From: an uncultured Acidobacteriota bacterium
Lineage (GTDB): Bacteria; Acidobacteriota; Thermoanaerobaculia; UBA5066; DATFVB01
NCBI GenBank assembly: GCA_963813155.1
Contig: CAWEYG010000001.1
Span: forward strand, 768,001 to 832,000
Direction: 5' to 3'
Length of the DNA stretch: 64,000 bases
This document shows positions 8,504 to 18,768 of the stretch, in pieces (the first letter of the stretch is position 1; each line of letters starts with the position of its first letter). The notes beneath the pieces were generated by a model. The model was not told where the DNA came from. It saw only the letters and a list, made by a program, of their open reading frames with translations, and ran no database searches. The position numbers were made by a program, and so were the translations under genes.

Positions 8504-9216
8504 CTCGCTTCGTCGGAAAGCATGTCCTCGTCACGGGCGGAGGGCGCGGAATCGGGCGCTCGATCGCCCTCGCGTTCGCTTCGGAGGGCGCCCGCGTGTC
8601 CGTCTTCTCTCGCTCGCCTCAACGTCAGGCGGAAGGGACCGAACCCCTCTCGGTCTTTGCGTGCGACGTCACGGACCGGGACCAGGTCGAAACCGCGGTC
8701 GCGAAGGCGCGCGACGATTCCGGCCCCGTCGACGCGCTCGTCAACAACGCGGGCGTCTTTCTCTGGAAGCCGTTTCTGAGCCTCACTCCCGAAGAGTGGG
8801 ATCGGGTGATCGCGACGAACCTGACGGGCGCGTTCAATTTCTGCCGGACCGTGGTCCCCGAAATGGCGGCGAGGATGACCGGGCGGATCGTCAACGTCTC
8901 CTCCATCCACGGGTTGCACGGCGATGCGAACCTCTCCGCTCACTGCGCTGCGAAGTTCGGCCTGATCGGGCTGACCCAATCGCTCGCGAAGGAGCTGCGC
9001 GGGCACAACATCACGGTCAACGCGGTTTGCCCCGGAACCACGAACAACAGGGAACCGGAGGAGGAGTCTCTCCCGCGCAAGGCTCCCCTGGCCGAAAAGC
9101 TCCGCCCCCGCGACGTCGCCTCGGCCGTGCTCTGGCTCGCGTCGGACGAGGCGGCGGGAATCACGGGCGCGTCGATCGAGATCTACGGCGGCACGCACGT
9201 GACGATCCAACCGTAG
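8500..9216 (+). CDS. SDR family oxidoreductase
   Basis: TGGGRGIG, NNAG, NVSS; HCAAK at the YxxxK position; TTG start. Confidence 0.9.
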   Translation: MTRFVGKHVLVTGGGRGIGRSIALAFASEGARVSVFSRSPQRQAEGTEPLSVFACDVTDRDQVETAVAKARDDSGPVDALVNNAGVFLWKPFLSLTPEEWDRVIATNLTGAFNFCRTVVPEMAARMTGRIVNVSSIHGLHGDANLSAHCAAKFGLIGLTQSLAKELRGHNITVNAVCPGTTNNREPEEESLPRKAPLAEKLRPRDVASAVLWLASDEAAGITGASIEIYGGTHVTIQP

Positions 9217-9227
9217 AGTTTCGCTCG

Positions 9228-9977
9228 CTACAGCGCCTGCAGCACCCGGTCCGCGATCATCTCGTAGGCCTTGCGGTTCGGGTGAAAGCGATCCGGCGAG
9301 AGGCGTTCGGGGCGGTCCTCGAAGAGGTCGAACACCGGAATCGTCCGAACGCGATATCGCAGTGCGATCTTGTCGATCGCCGCATTCCAATCGACGACGA
9401 TCGCCGAAGCGGCGTCTCCCGAAACGGTGGAAGAGAACGGGTTGTAGAGGCCCAGCATCACGATGCGCGCAGACGGGTTCGCCGAGCGCAGAGCCGAAAG
9501 GATTTCGTCGAGATTCTTTTCCAGCCGCTCGCGGGACCGGGCAATCTCGTCGGGAAGGCTCGCCCGAAAATCTCTCGGCGCCGAATGCGACAGGTCGTTG
9601 CCCCCGATCGAGAGGAGGATCAGGCTGGCCGCGGAGGCGAGGGCCCGCGCGTTCGGATGGGAGAGAACTTCCCGAAGGCCCTCCGTCTCGAGGCCGTCGA
9701 CGGCGAGGTTCTCCAGTCGGAGGCTCGGGTGCGAAGCCTTCAGGCGTTCCACGACGTCGGCCGCGTAGCCCGGGCCCTCTCCGGCGCCGCGCGTCAACGA
9801 ATCGCCGAGAGCAAGCACCAGGAACTCTCCCGGCCGCGCAACCTCCGCCGGAGCGACCGCCGCTTCCGAAATCGGGCTTCCACCCGCCGGCCGCAGGGCC
9901 TCGCGGAATCCCCAGAGCAGAATTGCCGCGGGCAGAATCGAGACGAACAGCGGCACGCGCCGCCAAAACACTCTCAT
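9228..9977 (-). CDS. SGNH/GDSL hydrolase
   Basis: GDSLT, GGND, DRFHP. Confidence 0.92.
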   Translation of the reverse strand: MRVFWRRVPLFVSILPAAILLWGFREALRPAGGSPISEAAVAPAEVARPGEFLVLALGDSLTRGAGEGPGYAADVVERLKASHPSLRLENLAVDGLETEGLREVLSHPNARALASAASLILLSIGGNDLSHSAPRDFRASLPDEIARSRERLEKNLDEILSALRSANPSARIVMLGLYNPFSSTVSGDAASAIVVDWNAAIDKIALRYRVRTIPVFDLFEDRPERLSPDRFHPNRKAYEMIADRVLQAL

Positions 9978-10001
9978 GCGCTTCCGGTAACATTATCGGC
10001 G

Positions 10002-10910
10002 ATGGTTCCTCTTTCCGCGAAACACCTCACGAAAACGCTCGGTCGGCGAATCGTCGTCAGCGACGTCAGCTTCGACCTGGAGCCGTCGGAAGTCTTCGGG
10101 TTCCTCGGTCCGAACGGCGCCGGCAAGACGACGACGATCCGGATGTTGACCGGGTTGATCCGCCCCGATTCGGGCAGCGTCGTAATCTGCGGAGTCGACC
10201 TCTCGCGCCATTTCGAAGCCGCGATGCGAAACGTCGGGGCGATCATCGAATCGCCCGACCTCTACCGCTCGCTGACGGGCCGCGAGAACCTCGAGGTGTT
10301 CGCCGCGATGGTCGGCCGCGAGGCCCATTCCCAGATCGAAGATCTCGCGCGACTCGTCCGCATCGACGGACGGCTCGAAGATCGCGTCTCGACGTATTCG
10401 CTGGGCATGCGCCAGCGACTCGGAATCGCCCAGGCCCTCCTCGGCGAGCCCCGGGTGTTGATCCTCGACGAGCCCGCCAACGGCCTGGATCCCGCGGGCA
10501 TCCGGGAAATGCGCGAGCTCCTGAAGCGGCTGGCCCGTGAACGGGGCCTCGCGGTTTTCGTCTCCAGCCACCTGCTCGCAGAAGTCGAGCTCATGTGCGA
10601 CCGCGTCGCGATTCTGCACCGCGGAAGGATTCTCGCGGTCGAAAACGTGGAGGCGCTCCTCTCGCGCGGATCGCGCGTGCGCTTCCGGACTCCGATGCCG
10701 ACCGCGGCGCAGCGGGCGCTCCGGCGCCACACTTCCGAGGAGCCCTCGCTCCTGGGAGAGGAAGCGGTGCGCGCGGACATGCCCGACGACGAAATTCCGC
10801 GCGCCCTCACGACCCTATCCGCCGAGGGCATTCCCGTCTTCGAGGTCGTTCGCGAGCGCCCGCAGCTCGAGGAGATGTTTCTCGAGCTCACGCACGGGGA
10901 GACGGTTTGA
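10002..10910 (+). CDS. ABC transporter ATP-binding protein
   Basis: GPNGAGKT, YSLGMRQR, ILDEP, SSH. Confidence 0.95.
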   Translation: MVPLSAKHLTKTLGRRIVVSDVSFDLEPSEVFGFLGPNGAGKTTTIRMLTGLIRPDSGSVVICGVDLSRHFEAAMRNVGAIIESPDLYRSLTGRENLEVFAAMVGREAHSQIEDLARLVRIDGRLEDRVSTYSLGMRQRLGIAQALLGEPRVLILDEPANGLDPAGIREMRELLKRLARERGLAVFVSSHLLAEVELMCDRVAILHRGRILAVENVEALLSRGSRVRFRTPMPTAAQRALRRHTSEEPSLLGEEAVRADMPDDEIPRALTTLSAEGIPVFEVVRERPQLEEMFLELTHGETV

Positions 10911-10918
10911 TCGCCGCC

Positions 10919-11002
10919 TGCAGGACCAACCTCACCCCCCGTCCCCCTCTCCAGTTGGAGAGGGGGTGGCCGAAGGCCGGGGGTGAGGTCCAAAGCGAAC
11001 AT
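10919..11002. mobile_element. REP-like palindromic insertion flanked by a 26-bp direct repeat
   Basis: CCTCACCCCC..CCCCCTCTCCA-GT-TGGAGAGGGGG..GGCCGAAGGCC-GGGGGTGAGG; repeat at 10893-10918 and 11003-11028. Confidence 0.85.
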
Positions 11003-11016
11003 CACGGGGAGACGGT

Positions 11017-12003
11017 TTGATCGCCGCCCTCGTCGAGAACGAGATGCTGAAGATCTTCCGGCGGAAGCGATTCCGCGTCGTTCTGATCATTCTCTTCTTC
11101 CTCACGGCGCTCGTCGTCTTCGCCCAATGGAAGACACGGACGCGGGAGACCGCGCGCCAGGGCCCGCGTCAGTGGACGGTCGAAACGCAGCGGCGGATCG
11201 TGGGCTTCCAGAACCGTCTTCGCGACCCGGGTCTCCCCCCGTCGATGCGGCGATGGATGGGTTTCGAGGTGAAGCGCCTGCAGTACTCGCTGGACCACGG
11301 CTTCGACCCCAACGCGCTCAACGGACCCGTTTTCTGCCGCAATTTCATCAACGCCTCGTCGTTTCTGCTCCTTCCCCTCCTCGTCACGCTGTTCGCGTCG
11401 GACCTCGTTTCGTCCGAGCTCGCGGAAGGCACGATCAAGATTCTGCTCACTCGGCCCGCCCGGCGATGGAAGATCCTGGCGGCGAAGACGCTCGCCCTGT
11501 TCTCATGCGTGACCCTCACGGTGGCCGCCTGCGCGATCTTTTCCTACCTGATTTCCGGAATCGCGTTCGGGTACCGGGGCTGGGGCGCGCCGGTTCTCTC
11601 CGGCTTCCGCTTCGCGGCCGGCTCGCTCGACGTGGCCGGAGTGCGGGAAACTCCCCTGTGGCGGGACGCCCTTCACGTTTACGGCCTCGGATGGTTCGCG
11701 GCGCTCGTCGTGGGCTCTCTCGCCCTGCTGCTCTCGGTGCTGTTCCGCACGACCGCCGCCGCGATGGGCACGATGCTCGCCTGCCTCGTCGCGGGAACGA
11801 TTCTGCCCCGGGTGGCGGAAGGCTGGGATTTTTCGAAATACATCTTCGTGACGAATCTTCCGCTGCCGGACTACTTCTCCGGTTCGCCCCCTCCCGTCGA
11901 GGGAATGACGCTCGCGTTTTCGGTCTGGAATCTCGCGGCGTGGGGAGCGGCGGCGCTCGCCGCGGCTTTTGTTGTTTTCACCCGGAAAGACATCACCGTT
12001 TGA
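11017..12003 (+). CDS. ABC-2 type transporter permease
   Basis: Multiple TM segments, SSELAEGTIKILLTRP..KILAAK, C-terminal FTRKDI. Confidence 0.92.
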   Translation: MIAALVENEMLKIFRRKRFRVVLIILFFLTALVVFAQWKTRTRETARQGPRQWTVETQRRIVGFQNRLRDPGLPPSMRRWMGFEVKRLQYSLDHGFDPNALNGPVFCRNFINASSFLLLPLLVTLFASDLVSSELAEGTIKILLTRPARRWKILAAKTLALFSCVTLTVAACAIFSYLISGIAFGYRGWGAPVLSGFRFAAGSLDVAGVRETPLWRDALHVYGLGWFAALVVGSLALLLSVLFRTTAAAMGTMLACLVAGTILPRVAEGWDFSKYIFVTNLPLPDYFSGSPPPVEGMTLAFSVWNLAAWGAAALAAAFVVFTRKDITV

Positions 12004-12024
12004 AACTCGTTATGATCCGTTGCC

Positions 12025-12708
12025 ATGTCGCGACTGGTCCTTTTCGACATCGACGGAACGCTCCTTTCGGCCGGGCGAGCCTCCCGCGAGGCCCTGTCCG
12101 AAGCCTTTCTGCAGGCGTGCTGCGGCGACATCCTCCTGGACGGCTACGAATTTTCGGGCAAGACCGACCCTCAGATCATCCGCGAGCTGCTCGCCGGCCG
12201 GGCGCCGGCCGCCGAGATCGAGCGGATGGCGAACCTCGCGCTCGCGTTCTACCTCGACAGCCTCGAGCGCCGGATCAGCCCCGACGCCGTGACGCCGAAG
12301 CCGGGGGCGGGGGCCCTCCTGCGGCGCCTCGCCGCGGCGCCCGGCGTGACGCTCGCCCTTCTCACGGGAAATCACGAGCGGGGAGCGCGCGTCAAGCTCG
12401 CCCCCGTCGGTTTCAACGAATTCTTCGCCTTCGGCGCCTTTGGCAGCGACCACGCGGACCGCTACGAGCTGCCAACGATCGCCGTGACACGGGCCCGGGA
12501 GCACACGGGGCGTGATTTCGGCGGCAAGGAAGTCGTGATCGTCGGCGACTCGATTCACGACGTCGCCTGCGGCCGAACGATCAACGTGAAATCGGTCGCC
12601 GTCGCGTCCGGCCTCACCCCTTCCGAGCGTCTCGCCCGGGAAGGCCCCGACTACCTGTTCGAAGACTTCGGCGACACCGAACGGGTCGCGGAGGCGATTC
12701 TCGCGTGA
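12025..12708 (+). CDS. HAD family hydrolase
   Basis: FDIDGTL, LTGN, VGDS..D. Confidence 0.92.
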   Translation: MSRLVLFDIDGTLLSAGRASREALSEAFLQACCGDILLDGYEFSGKTDPQIIRELLAGRAPAAEIERMANLALAFYLDSLERRISPDAVTPKPGAGALLRRLAAAPGVTLALLTGNHERGARVKLAPVGFNEFFAFGAFGSDHADRYELPTIAVTRAREHTGRDFGGKEVVIVGDSIHDVACGRTINVKSVAVASGLTPSERLAREGPDYLFEDFGDTERVAEAILA

Positions 12709-13832
12709 GGCGCCCGGTTTCGGCCCTGCTCGCTCTTCTCGTCGGCGCCGTGGCGTCCGCGGCGCCGCCCGCGGCGCCGCCCGACGCGGGCCCGGCCTTC
12801 GGAAACGCCCCCTACGAGGCGGAGCCCGCGGCGCCGGAGAGAATCCGGGTCGCGCTCGATTTCTCGGCCGCGGAACAGGTCCTCGACGCGCTTTCGCAGG
12901 ACAAGCCGAAACCGGGCGACGCGTCCGCCCTGAGGGCCCTTTCCGCCGTTCGCGACCAGATCGCCGAGTCGGGGAAGGACCCGACCGACTGGGACAGGGA
13001 TTTCGCCTCGGCGTTCCTGGAAGAGAGCCGGCCATCGGTCTTCGACCTGCGATCGATCCGGCTCGAGAAGGACCGGTGGGGAGTCGCGCTGGCCGGGCTC
13101 AAGGCCGACGCCGACGCGATCGCCCGTCTCGCCGCGCGCCGGGCGGCGGCGCTTCTGCCGACGGACGCGCCCGTGAAGCTCGCCTGCAGCGTCGAGCTCA
13201 CTTTCGCGATGGCGGGCCTCGAAGACCACGCGGTTTCGCGCGAAGGTGACGACCGCATCCGGATTCTCGTCGACCTGGGGCACACCGTGAGCACCTCGAC
13301 CGGAGACACGCGGGAAGAGCGCTCGGACGCCATCGCGCGCCTGATCGCCGGCGAAACCTTTCGAGCGGCGTGGGACCGGTATCGCGCCGTCGCGCCCGGC
13401 TGGCAGAAGGCGACGACTCTCGGAACTCTGGAGCCGCTCGCCCGGGCAGTCGCCGTGATCGCCCCGGTCGCTCTCTACGCATTCGATCGGAATTTCTTCC
13501 CGCTCGCCCGGTGGCTTCACGACCCGATGCTTCACGGGATCGACGCGCTGAACCACGAGGCGACGCTCCTGTCCGACCCGAAGACCGAGCTCGCCCAGCG
13601 CGCGGAGATCCTTTCCTCGCTTCGCCGGCCGGGTCTTCGCGGCGATCCGGCGCTCGGCGCGGCGGCATTCCTCGCCGACGGGATCTTCCAGCGGCTCGGC
13701 CGGCAGGAATTGATCCTTGCGCTCGCGGCCGGCCCCTCCGGCCTCTTCGAGGCGTACGCGCGCGCTTCGGGAAAGGGAAGCAATCTCCCGCCCCTTTCCG
13801 ACGCCCTCCGGAAGCACGCAGCCGCGAAATGA
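12705..13832 (+). CDS. Secreted hypothetical protein
   Basis: 375-aa ORF with signal peptide; GTGA overlap with HAD gene. Confidence 0.7.
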   Translation: MRRPVSALLALLVGAVASAAPPAAPPDAGPAFGNAPYEAEPAAPERIRVALDFSAAEQVLDALSQDKPKPGDASALRALSAVRDQIAESGKDPTDWDRDFASAFLEESRPSVFDLRSIRLEKDRWGVALAGLKADADAIARLAARRAAALLPTDAPVKLACSVELTFAMAGLEDHAVSREGDDRIRILVDLGHTVSTSTGDTREERSDAIARLIAGETFRAAWDRYRAVAPGWQKATTLGTLEPLARAVAVIAPVALYAFDRNFFPLARWLHDPMLHGIDALNHEATLLSDPKTELAQRAEILSSLRRPGLRGDPALGAAAFLADGIFQRLGRQELILALAAGPSGLFEAYARASGKGSNLPPLSDALRKHAAAK

Positions 13833-13836
13833 CGCC

Positions 13837-15150
13837 GTGAACCCGCCGGAGATTCTCGAGGCGATCGGCCGGGCCTCGGCGAGCTTCGAGGCCACCCGCG
13901 CCCTTCCGGGCTGGAAGCGGGCCGAGATCCTCCTGCAGATTCGCGAGGGGATCTCGCGGCGGCGGGCCGAGTTCACCGAAGCGATCGTGCGCGAGGCGCG
14001 CAAGCCCGTTCGGTTCGCCTCCGGAGAAGTCGACCGCTGCCTCGTGACGTTCCGCCTCGCCGCGGAAGAGGCGACCCGCCGGCCCGGCGAGGTGCTCCCG
14101 GTCGACCTCGATCCGCGGTCCGAGCGCTCGTGGTGCGTCGTCGAGAGGTTTCCGCGGGGCGTCGTCTCGGCGCTCACGCCTTTCAACTTTCCCCTCAACC
14201 TGCTCGCCCACAAGGTCGCGCCGGCGATCGCCTGCGGGTGCCCGGTCGTCGCGAAACCGTCGCCGCGCACGCCCGCGGCGGCCGTGCTCCTCGCCGAAGA
14301 GATCGCGCGCACCGAATGGCCCGCGGGAGGTTTCGAGCTCGTCCTCTGCGACAACGCGGACTCCTTTCCGCTGTGGAAAGACGACCGGATCGCGGTCGTC
14401 TCGTTCACGGGCTCTGACGCCGTCGGGTGGAAGATCAAGGAGGAGTCGCCCCGCAAGAGCGTCGTCCTCGAGCTCGGCGGAAATGCCGGCGCGATCGTCC
14501 ACGACGACGCGGATCTGCCCGCCGCCGCGGAGAAGCTCGCGCTGTCCGCGTTCGCCTATTCGGGGCAGGTGTGCATCAAGGCGCAGAGGATTTTCGCGCG
14601 GCGCGGCGTCTTCGAGGAGTTCCTGCGGCTTTTCGCGCGCGCTACCGACGCTCTCCCGGCCGGCCCGCTCGAAGACGCCCGCACGGTTCTTTCCCCGATG
14701 ATCGACGAGGATGCGGCGCGCCGGGTCGAGACGTGGGTGGGAGAAGCGGCAGCCGCCGGGGCGAAAGCCGTCCGGTCGGGCAAGCGCGAAGGCGCGTACC
14801 ATTCGCCGGCAATCCTGACGTCCGTTCCGGATTCTGCGAAGGTCTCGTGCCGCGAAGTCTTCGGCCCGGTCGCCGTCGTCGAGCCGTACGACGAGTTCGA
14901 GGAAGCCATCCGTCGCGTCAACGCGTCTCCGTACGGGCTCCAGTCAGCCGTTTTCACGCGCGACATCGGCCGGATCCGCCAGGCCTACGCGAGCCTCGAC
15001 GTGGGGGGCGTGCTCGTCAACGAGCCCCCGTCGACCCGCATCGACAACTTCCCCTACGGCGGGGTCAAGGCCTCCGGCACGGGCCGCGAGGGCGTCCGCT
15101 CCGCGATTCTCGAGTACACCGAGCCGCGGGTGCTTTTGATATCCTCCTGA
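13837..15150 (+). CDS. Aldehyde dehydrogenase family protein
   Basis: PFNFP, FTGS, LELGGN, GQVCI, EVFGPV, PYGGVKASG; start uncertain. Confidence 0.92.
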   Translation: MNPPEILEAIGRASASFEATRALPGWKRAEILLQIREGISRRRAEFTEAIVREARKPVRFASGEVDRCLVTFRLAAEEATRRPGEVLPVDLDPRSERSWCVVERFPRGVVSALTPFNFPLNLLAHKVAPAIACGCPVVAKPSPRTPAAAVLLAEEIARTEWPAGGFELVLCDNADSFPLWKDDRIAVVSFTGSDAVGWKIKEESPRKSVVLELGGNAGAIVHDDADLPAAAEKLALSAFAYSGQVCIKAQRIFARRGVFEEFLRLFARATDALPAGPLEDARTVLSPMIDEDAARRVETWVGEAAAAGAKAVRSGKREGAYHSPAILTSVPDSAKVSCREVFGPVAVVEPYDEFEEAIRRVNASPYGLQSAVFTRDIGRIRQAYASLDVGGVLVNEPPSTRIDNFPYGGVKASGTGREGVRSAILEYTEPRVLLISS

Positions 15151-15152
15151 CG

Positions 15153-15526
15153 ATGCCCGACGAGCCCGCACCCCCTCCCCCGGCGGAGCCCCCGTCCCCG
15201 CCGCCCGATTCCAACCGCACGATCATGCTCGTGCTCGCGTATCTCGGAGCTCTCTCCCTCGTGCCGCTCCTCGTCGAAAAGAACGACAAGGAGGTTCAGT
15301 GGCATGCGAAGAACGGCCTCCTGCTGTTCGGCGTCGTGGGTCGTCCTCTTCATGATCGACGTGTTCGTCGTGTCGGTCATCCCGTTTCTCGGCTGCCTCT
15401 ATTCGATGTTCATGCCGATGGTCGGGCTTGCTCTACCTCGTTCTCATCGTCCTCGGAATCGTGAAGGCGCTCAACGGTCAGAGGCTCCGGATTCCCTACC
15501 TCTCCGGACTTGCCGACAAGTTCTAG
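15153..15526 (+). CDS. DUF4870-like small membrane protein (frameshifted)
   Basis: LAYLG..LVPLL..EVQWHAKNGL; C-terminal GIVKALNGQRLRIPYL in another frame. Confidence 0.7.
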
Positions 15527-15542
15527 CGGGCTGTGCTGAGCG

Positions 15543-15899
15543 ATGAGGGCCGCGCCCGTTCTCGCGCTCGGTCTCCTCTGCGCCTGCCTGGGAGATTCCT
15601 TGAACCCTCCGCGAGACCAGTGGAGCGCTCGAGCGGCGCTGCTCGCGATCGACGCGTACCGCTCGTCCGCTTCGCCGATTCTCGCGAGAACCCGACTCGT
15701 CGCGTGCCGTTTCCGGCCGAGCTGCTCGGCCTACGGTCGGACGGCGATCGAGAGGTTCGGGTTGTTTCGGGGCGGCGCGCTCGCGGCCTGGAGGATCGCC
15801 CGTTGCAATCCGTTCGGGAAGGGCGGCTTCGACCCGGTTCCGCCCGTCGCCGTCAGCCGCGCAGGACCTGCGCCGCCAGCTCGCACTCGTTCGTCGTGA
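15543..15899 (+). CDS. yidD: Membrane protein insertion efficiency factor
   Basis: CRFRPSCSAY..RIARCNPFGKGGFDPVP. Confidence 0.88.
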   Translation: MRAAPVLALGLLCACLGDSLNPPRDQWSARAALLAIDAYRSSASPILARTRLVACRFRPSCSAYGRTAIERFGLFRGGALAAWRIARCNPFGKGGFDPVPPVAVSRAGPAPPARTRSS

Positions 15900-16581
15900 T
15901 CGACGCGACGCCGAGCGACGCGAGGCGCTCGATTTCCTCGGGAGAATCCGCCGTCCAGGGGTGAACCGACCGTCCCGTCGCCGACATCCGCTCCACGAAC
16001 CCGGCGTCCACGAGGTCGAAGCGCGGCCCGATCGCCTCGCACGGCGGGATCTCCCCTTCCGCCGCGGGGAGCGGGCGGTCGATCAGGAACGAGAGCGCGA
16101 CACCCGCCTCCCGCTCCCGGATGCGGCGAAGCACGTCGGGATCGAACGAGGCCACGAGCGCGCGGGAGAGACAGCCAAACGCCCCGAGCAGATTCACGAC
16201 GCGGGCGGCAACGCGAACCCGGTCGGTCGATGAGCTCGTCTTGATCTCGACGACGTAGCGCATCGACGCGCCGTACCTCTGGAGGACCTGCTCGAACGTG
16301 GGAACGCGGTACTCCCCGAGCGGCGAATCGAGAAGGAGCTCGCGCACGTCGTGCGTCGGCATTCCGCGGACCGGGTGCAGCTCCGTGCCGATCGGGATCT
16401 GCTCGTCGTGGAAGACGACGAGATCGAAATCGCGCGTTTGACGCAGATCGAGCTCGATCGCGTCGGCCCCGAGGGATTCGGCGAAGTCGAAGCTGTCGAG
16501 CGTGTTCTCGCGCGCCCTGCGGGGCGCGCCGCGGTGCCCGACGATCCACAGGGGGTGCGGTTCGGTCCAGATGCTTTCCAA
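15853..16581 (-). CDS. Glycerophosphodiester phosphodiesterase
   Basis: GHRG, ENT, ELD, FHD, EIK, WTAD, ITTN. Confidence 0.92.
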   Translation of the reverse strand: MESIWTEPHPLWIVGHRGAPRRARENTLDSFDFAESLGADAIELDLRQTRDFDLVVFHDEQIPIGTELHPVRGMPTHDVRELLLDSPLGEYRVPTFEQVLQRYGASMRYVVEIKTSSSTDRVRVAARVVNLLGAFGCLSRALVASFDPDVLRRIREREAGVALSFLIDRPLPAAEGEIPPCEAIGPRFDLVDAGFVERMSATGRSVHPWTADSPEEIERLASLGVASITTNECELAAQVLRG

Positions 16582-16679
16582 GGCAGGCGCATGTTATCGC
16601 AGGAGAGGGGCGACCCTCGTTCGTTCGAAAATCGCCCGTTTCGTTCTAAACTTGGACGTTGCTTTCGATCATCGTTTCG

Positions 16680-18036
16680 ATGTTTCTCTACCAGGCCGCC
16701 GTTTCCGCGCCGGCTCCGGCTCCGGAGCTCGTCTCGCTCGAAATCGAAGTCGTCGCGGACTCGTCGCTCGACGCTCTCCCTCGCCGCCTGGCCCCCCTGA
16801 CGAGATGCCCGCCCCAACCCGCCGGAAGCGTGGGGGCCGCGCAAGACGTTTTACGGCGACCATTTCGAGATTCCCGCGGTTCCGCTCGACTGCTACCTCG
16901 TCTCCTTGACGATCGGCGGCGAGACACGCGTGGAGTATGGCTTTCCCTCTGTTCGAGCCGTCCGTTTCGATTTCCGCAAAATTTCCCTTCGCGGCCGGGT
17001 CACTCGCGCCGGCGAGGGAGTCGCCGCGACGCTCGATTTCGATCCCAATAACGGACCGTCCGTGCCGGGCGTGAAGTCGACGTCCACGTCGGCTGAGTCC
17101 AATACGTCCGGCGACTACGAAGCTCGCGTCTGGCCGGGAGCGCTCTACCGCGTCCGGGTCGCTCCGTCGGAAGGAAGCTCGTCTCCTTCCCGGTTTCAAC
17201 TCGTCACCGAGACTGGTACGGAGCAGGAGAAAGACTTTGCGCTGAGCTCGAACGCCCTGAGGGTCATCATTCGCGACGCGAAATCCCATGACCCGATTCC
17301 CGGCGCAAAGCTCGTTTATTTCGATTCGGAGGGCACCCAGAATCCCGTTGCGGACCAGAACGGCGAGTTGACTGTCGAATCGGTTCCCGCGGGCCCGTTT
17401 CACGGTACGGCCGTCGCAAAGGAGTACGTGAACGCGAAAGCCGACTGGACGATCGAGGACCGGGACGAGCCCCAGCCATTCGAGATCGACCTCTCCCCGA
17501 AGACCCAGGGCAACGACTTCCAGGCCTTCCTTTCGGACGGCTCCCCGGCGGCGAGCGCGGTCGGATACTACCGGTTCGACCCCTCGACGAGCGCCAGAAT
17601 TCTCTTCTGGTGCGATGAGGCGGGGATCTGCCACCCGGCCGAGAGACCGGGAGACGAGGAGCTCGTTTACCTGTCCCACGCCGCCGCCGGCCTGACGATC
17701 CTGCCGGCGGGGCGGATCTACGAATCCAACAGCGCCATCCTGCTGCCGGCAGGCGGACCGCTCGTCGTCCGCGTCAAGCCCGAACCGAAGCTCTCGGAGA
17801 AATGCGAGTTCGGCATCATCACGATTCGAGGCATCCCGATCGAGCAAACCGGGAACTTCACGTGCGGGGCGGAACCGTGGCCCCTCGAGTTCCAGGGACT
17901 GCCCGCGGGGCAGGTCGAAGTGACAATCGTGTCCCGGGAGCTCGACGATCACGGCCGATTTTCGGGAGATACGGTTCTTGCGGGCCCCGTCGCGGTCGTC
18001 CTGCCCTCCGACCCAATCGAGATCGCGATCCCCTGA
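16680..18036 (+). CDS. Carboxypeptidase-regulatory-like (prealbumin fold) repeat protein, frameshift near 16830
   Basis: RVIIRDAKSHDPIPGAKL..DQNGE; main frame extends upstream of 16906 (PRKTFYGDHFEIP); start uncertain. Confidence 0.6.
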
Positions 18037-18768
18037 TCAGGCCCCCGCGGCTTCGATTTCGCGCGTGATCTCTGCGAGCGCCTTCTCCGGGTCGGCCGCG
18101 CCCGTAACCGGCCTTCCGATGACGAGCAGCGACGCGCCGGCGGCGATCGCGGCGCCGGGAGTCGCGATCCGCTTCTGATCGCCCGCCTCCGCCGACGCGG
18201 GACGGATTCCCGGCACGACGGTCAGAAACTTCGCTCCGCATTCGCGGCGGACGACATCCAGATCCCCCGCCGAGCACACGACGCCGTCGAGGCCCGACGC
18301 CGCCGCGAGCCGGGCCAGCTGCGCGACGATCTCAACCGGAATCCCGCGGAACGGAAGGCCCTGCAGGGAAGACTCGTCGAGCGAGGTGAGCAGCGTGACG
18401 GCGATCAGCTTCGGAAGGGCGACTCCTGTCCGGGACGCCTCGTTCGCGACGGCCTCGCGGGCCGCGATCAGCATCTCCCGGCCGCCCGAGGCATGGACGT
18501 TGAGCATCGCGGCGCCGCTGCGAACGGCTGAGGCGGCCGCGCGGGCGACCGTGTTCGGGATGTCGTGCAGCTTCAGGTCGAGAAAGACCTTTCCATGCCG
18601 GGCGACACGGGAAACGACGGCGGGGCCCTCGGCGACGAACAGCTCGAGGCCGATCTTGAACCAGCCGGCCTTTCCTTCGAATCGCCTCGCGAAGCCGGCC
18701 GCTTCTTCGGCGCCCGGAAAATCGAGAGCCAGGCAGATCCGGTCCGCCGCGCCGGTTCGCCCGCTCAC
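18037..18768 (-). CDS. pyrF: Orotidine-5'-phosphate decarboxylase
   Basis: LALD, FKIGLELF, DLKLHDIPNT, PGIRP, GDQKR, IGRP. Confidence 0.96.
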   Translation of the reverse strand: MSGRTGAADRICLALDFPGAEEAAGFARRFEGKAGWFKIGLELFVAEGPAVVSRVARHGKVFLDLKLHDIPNTVARAAASAVRSGAAMLNVHASGGREMLIAAREAVANEASRTGVALPKLIAVTLLTSLDESSLQGLPFRGIPVEIVAQLARLAAASGLDGVVCSAGDLDVVRRECGAKFLTVVPGIRPASAEAGDQKRIATPGAAIAAGASLLVIGRPVTGAADPEKALAEITREIEAAGA

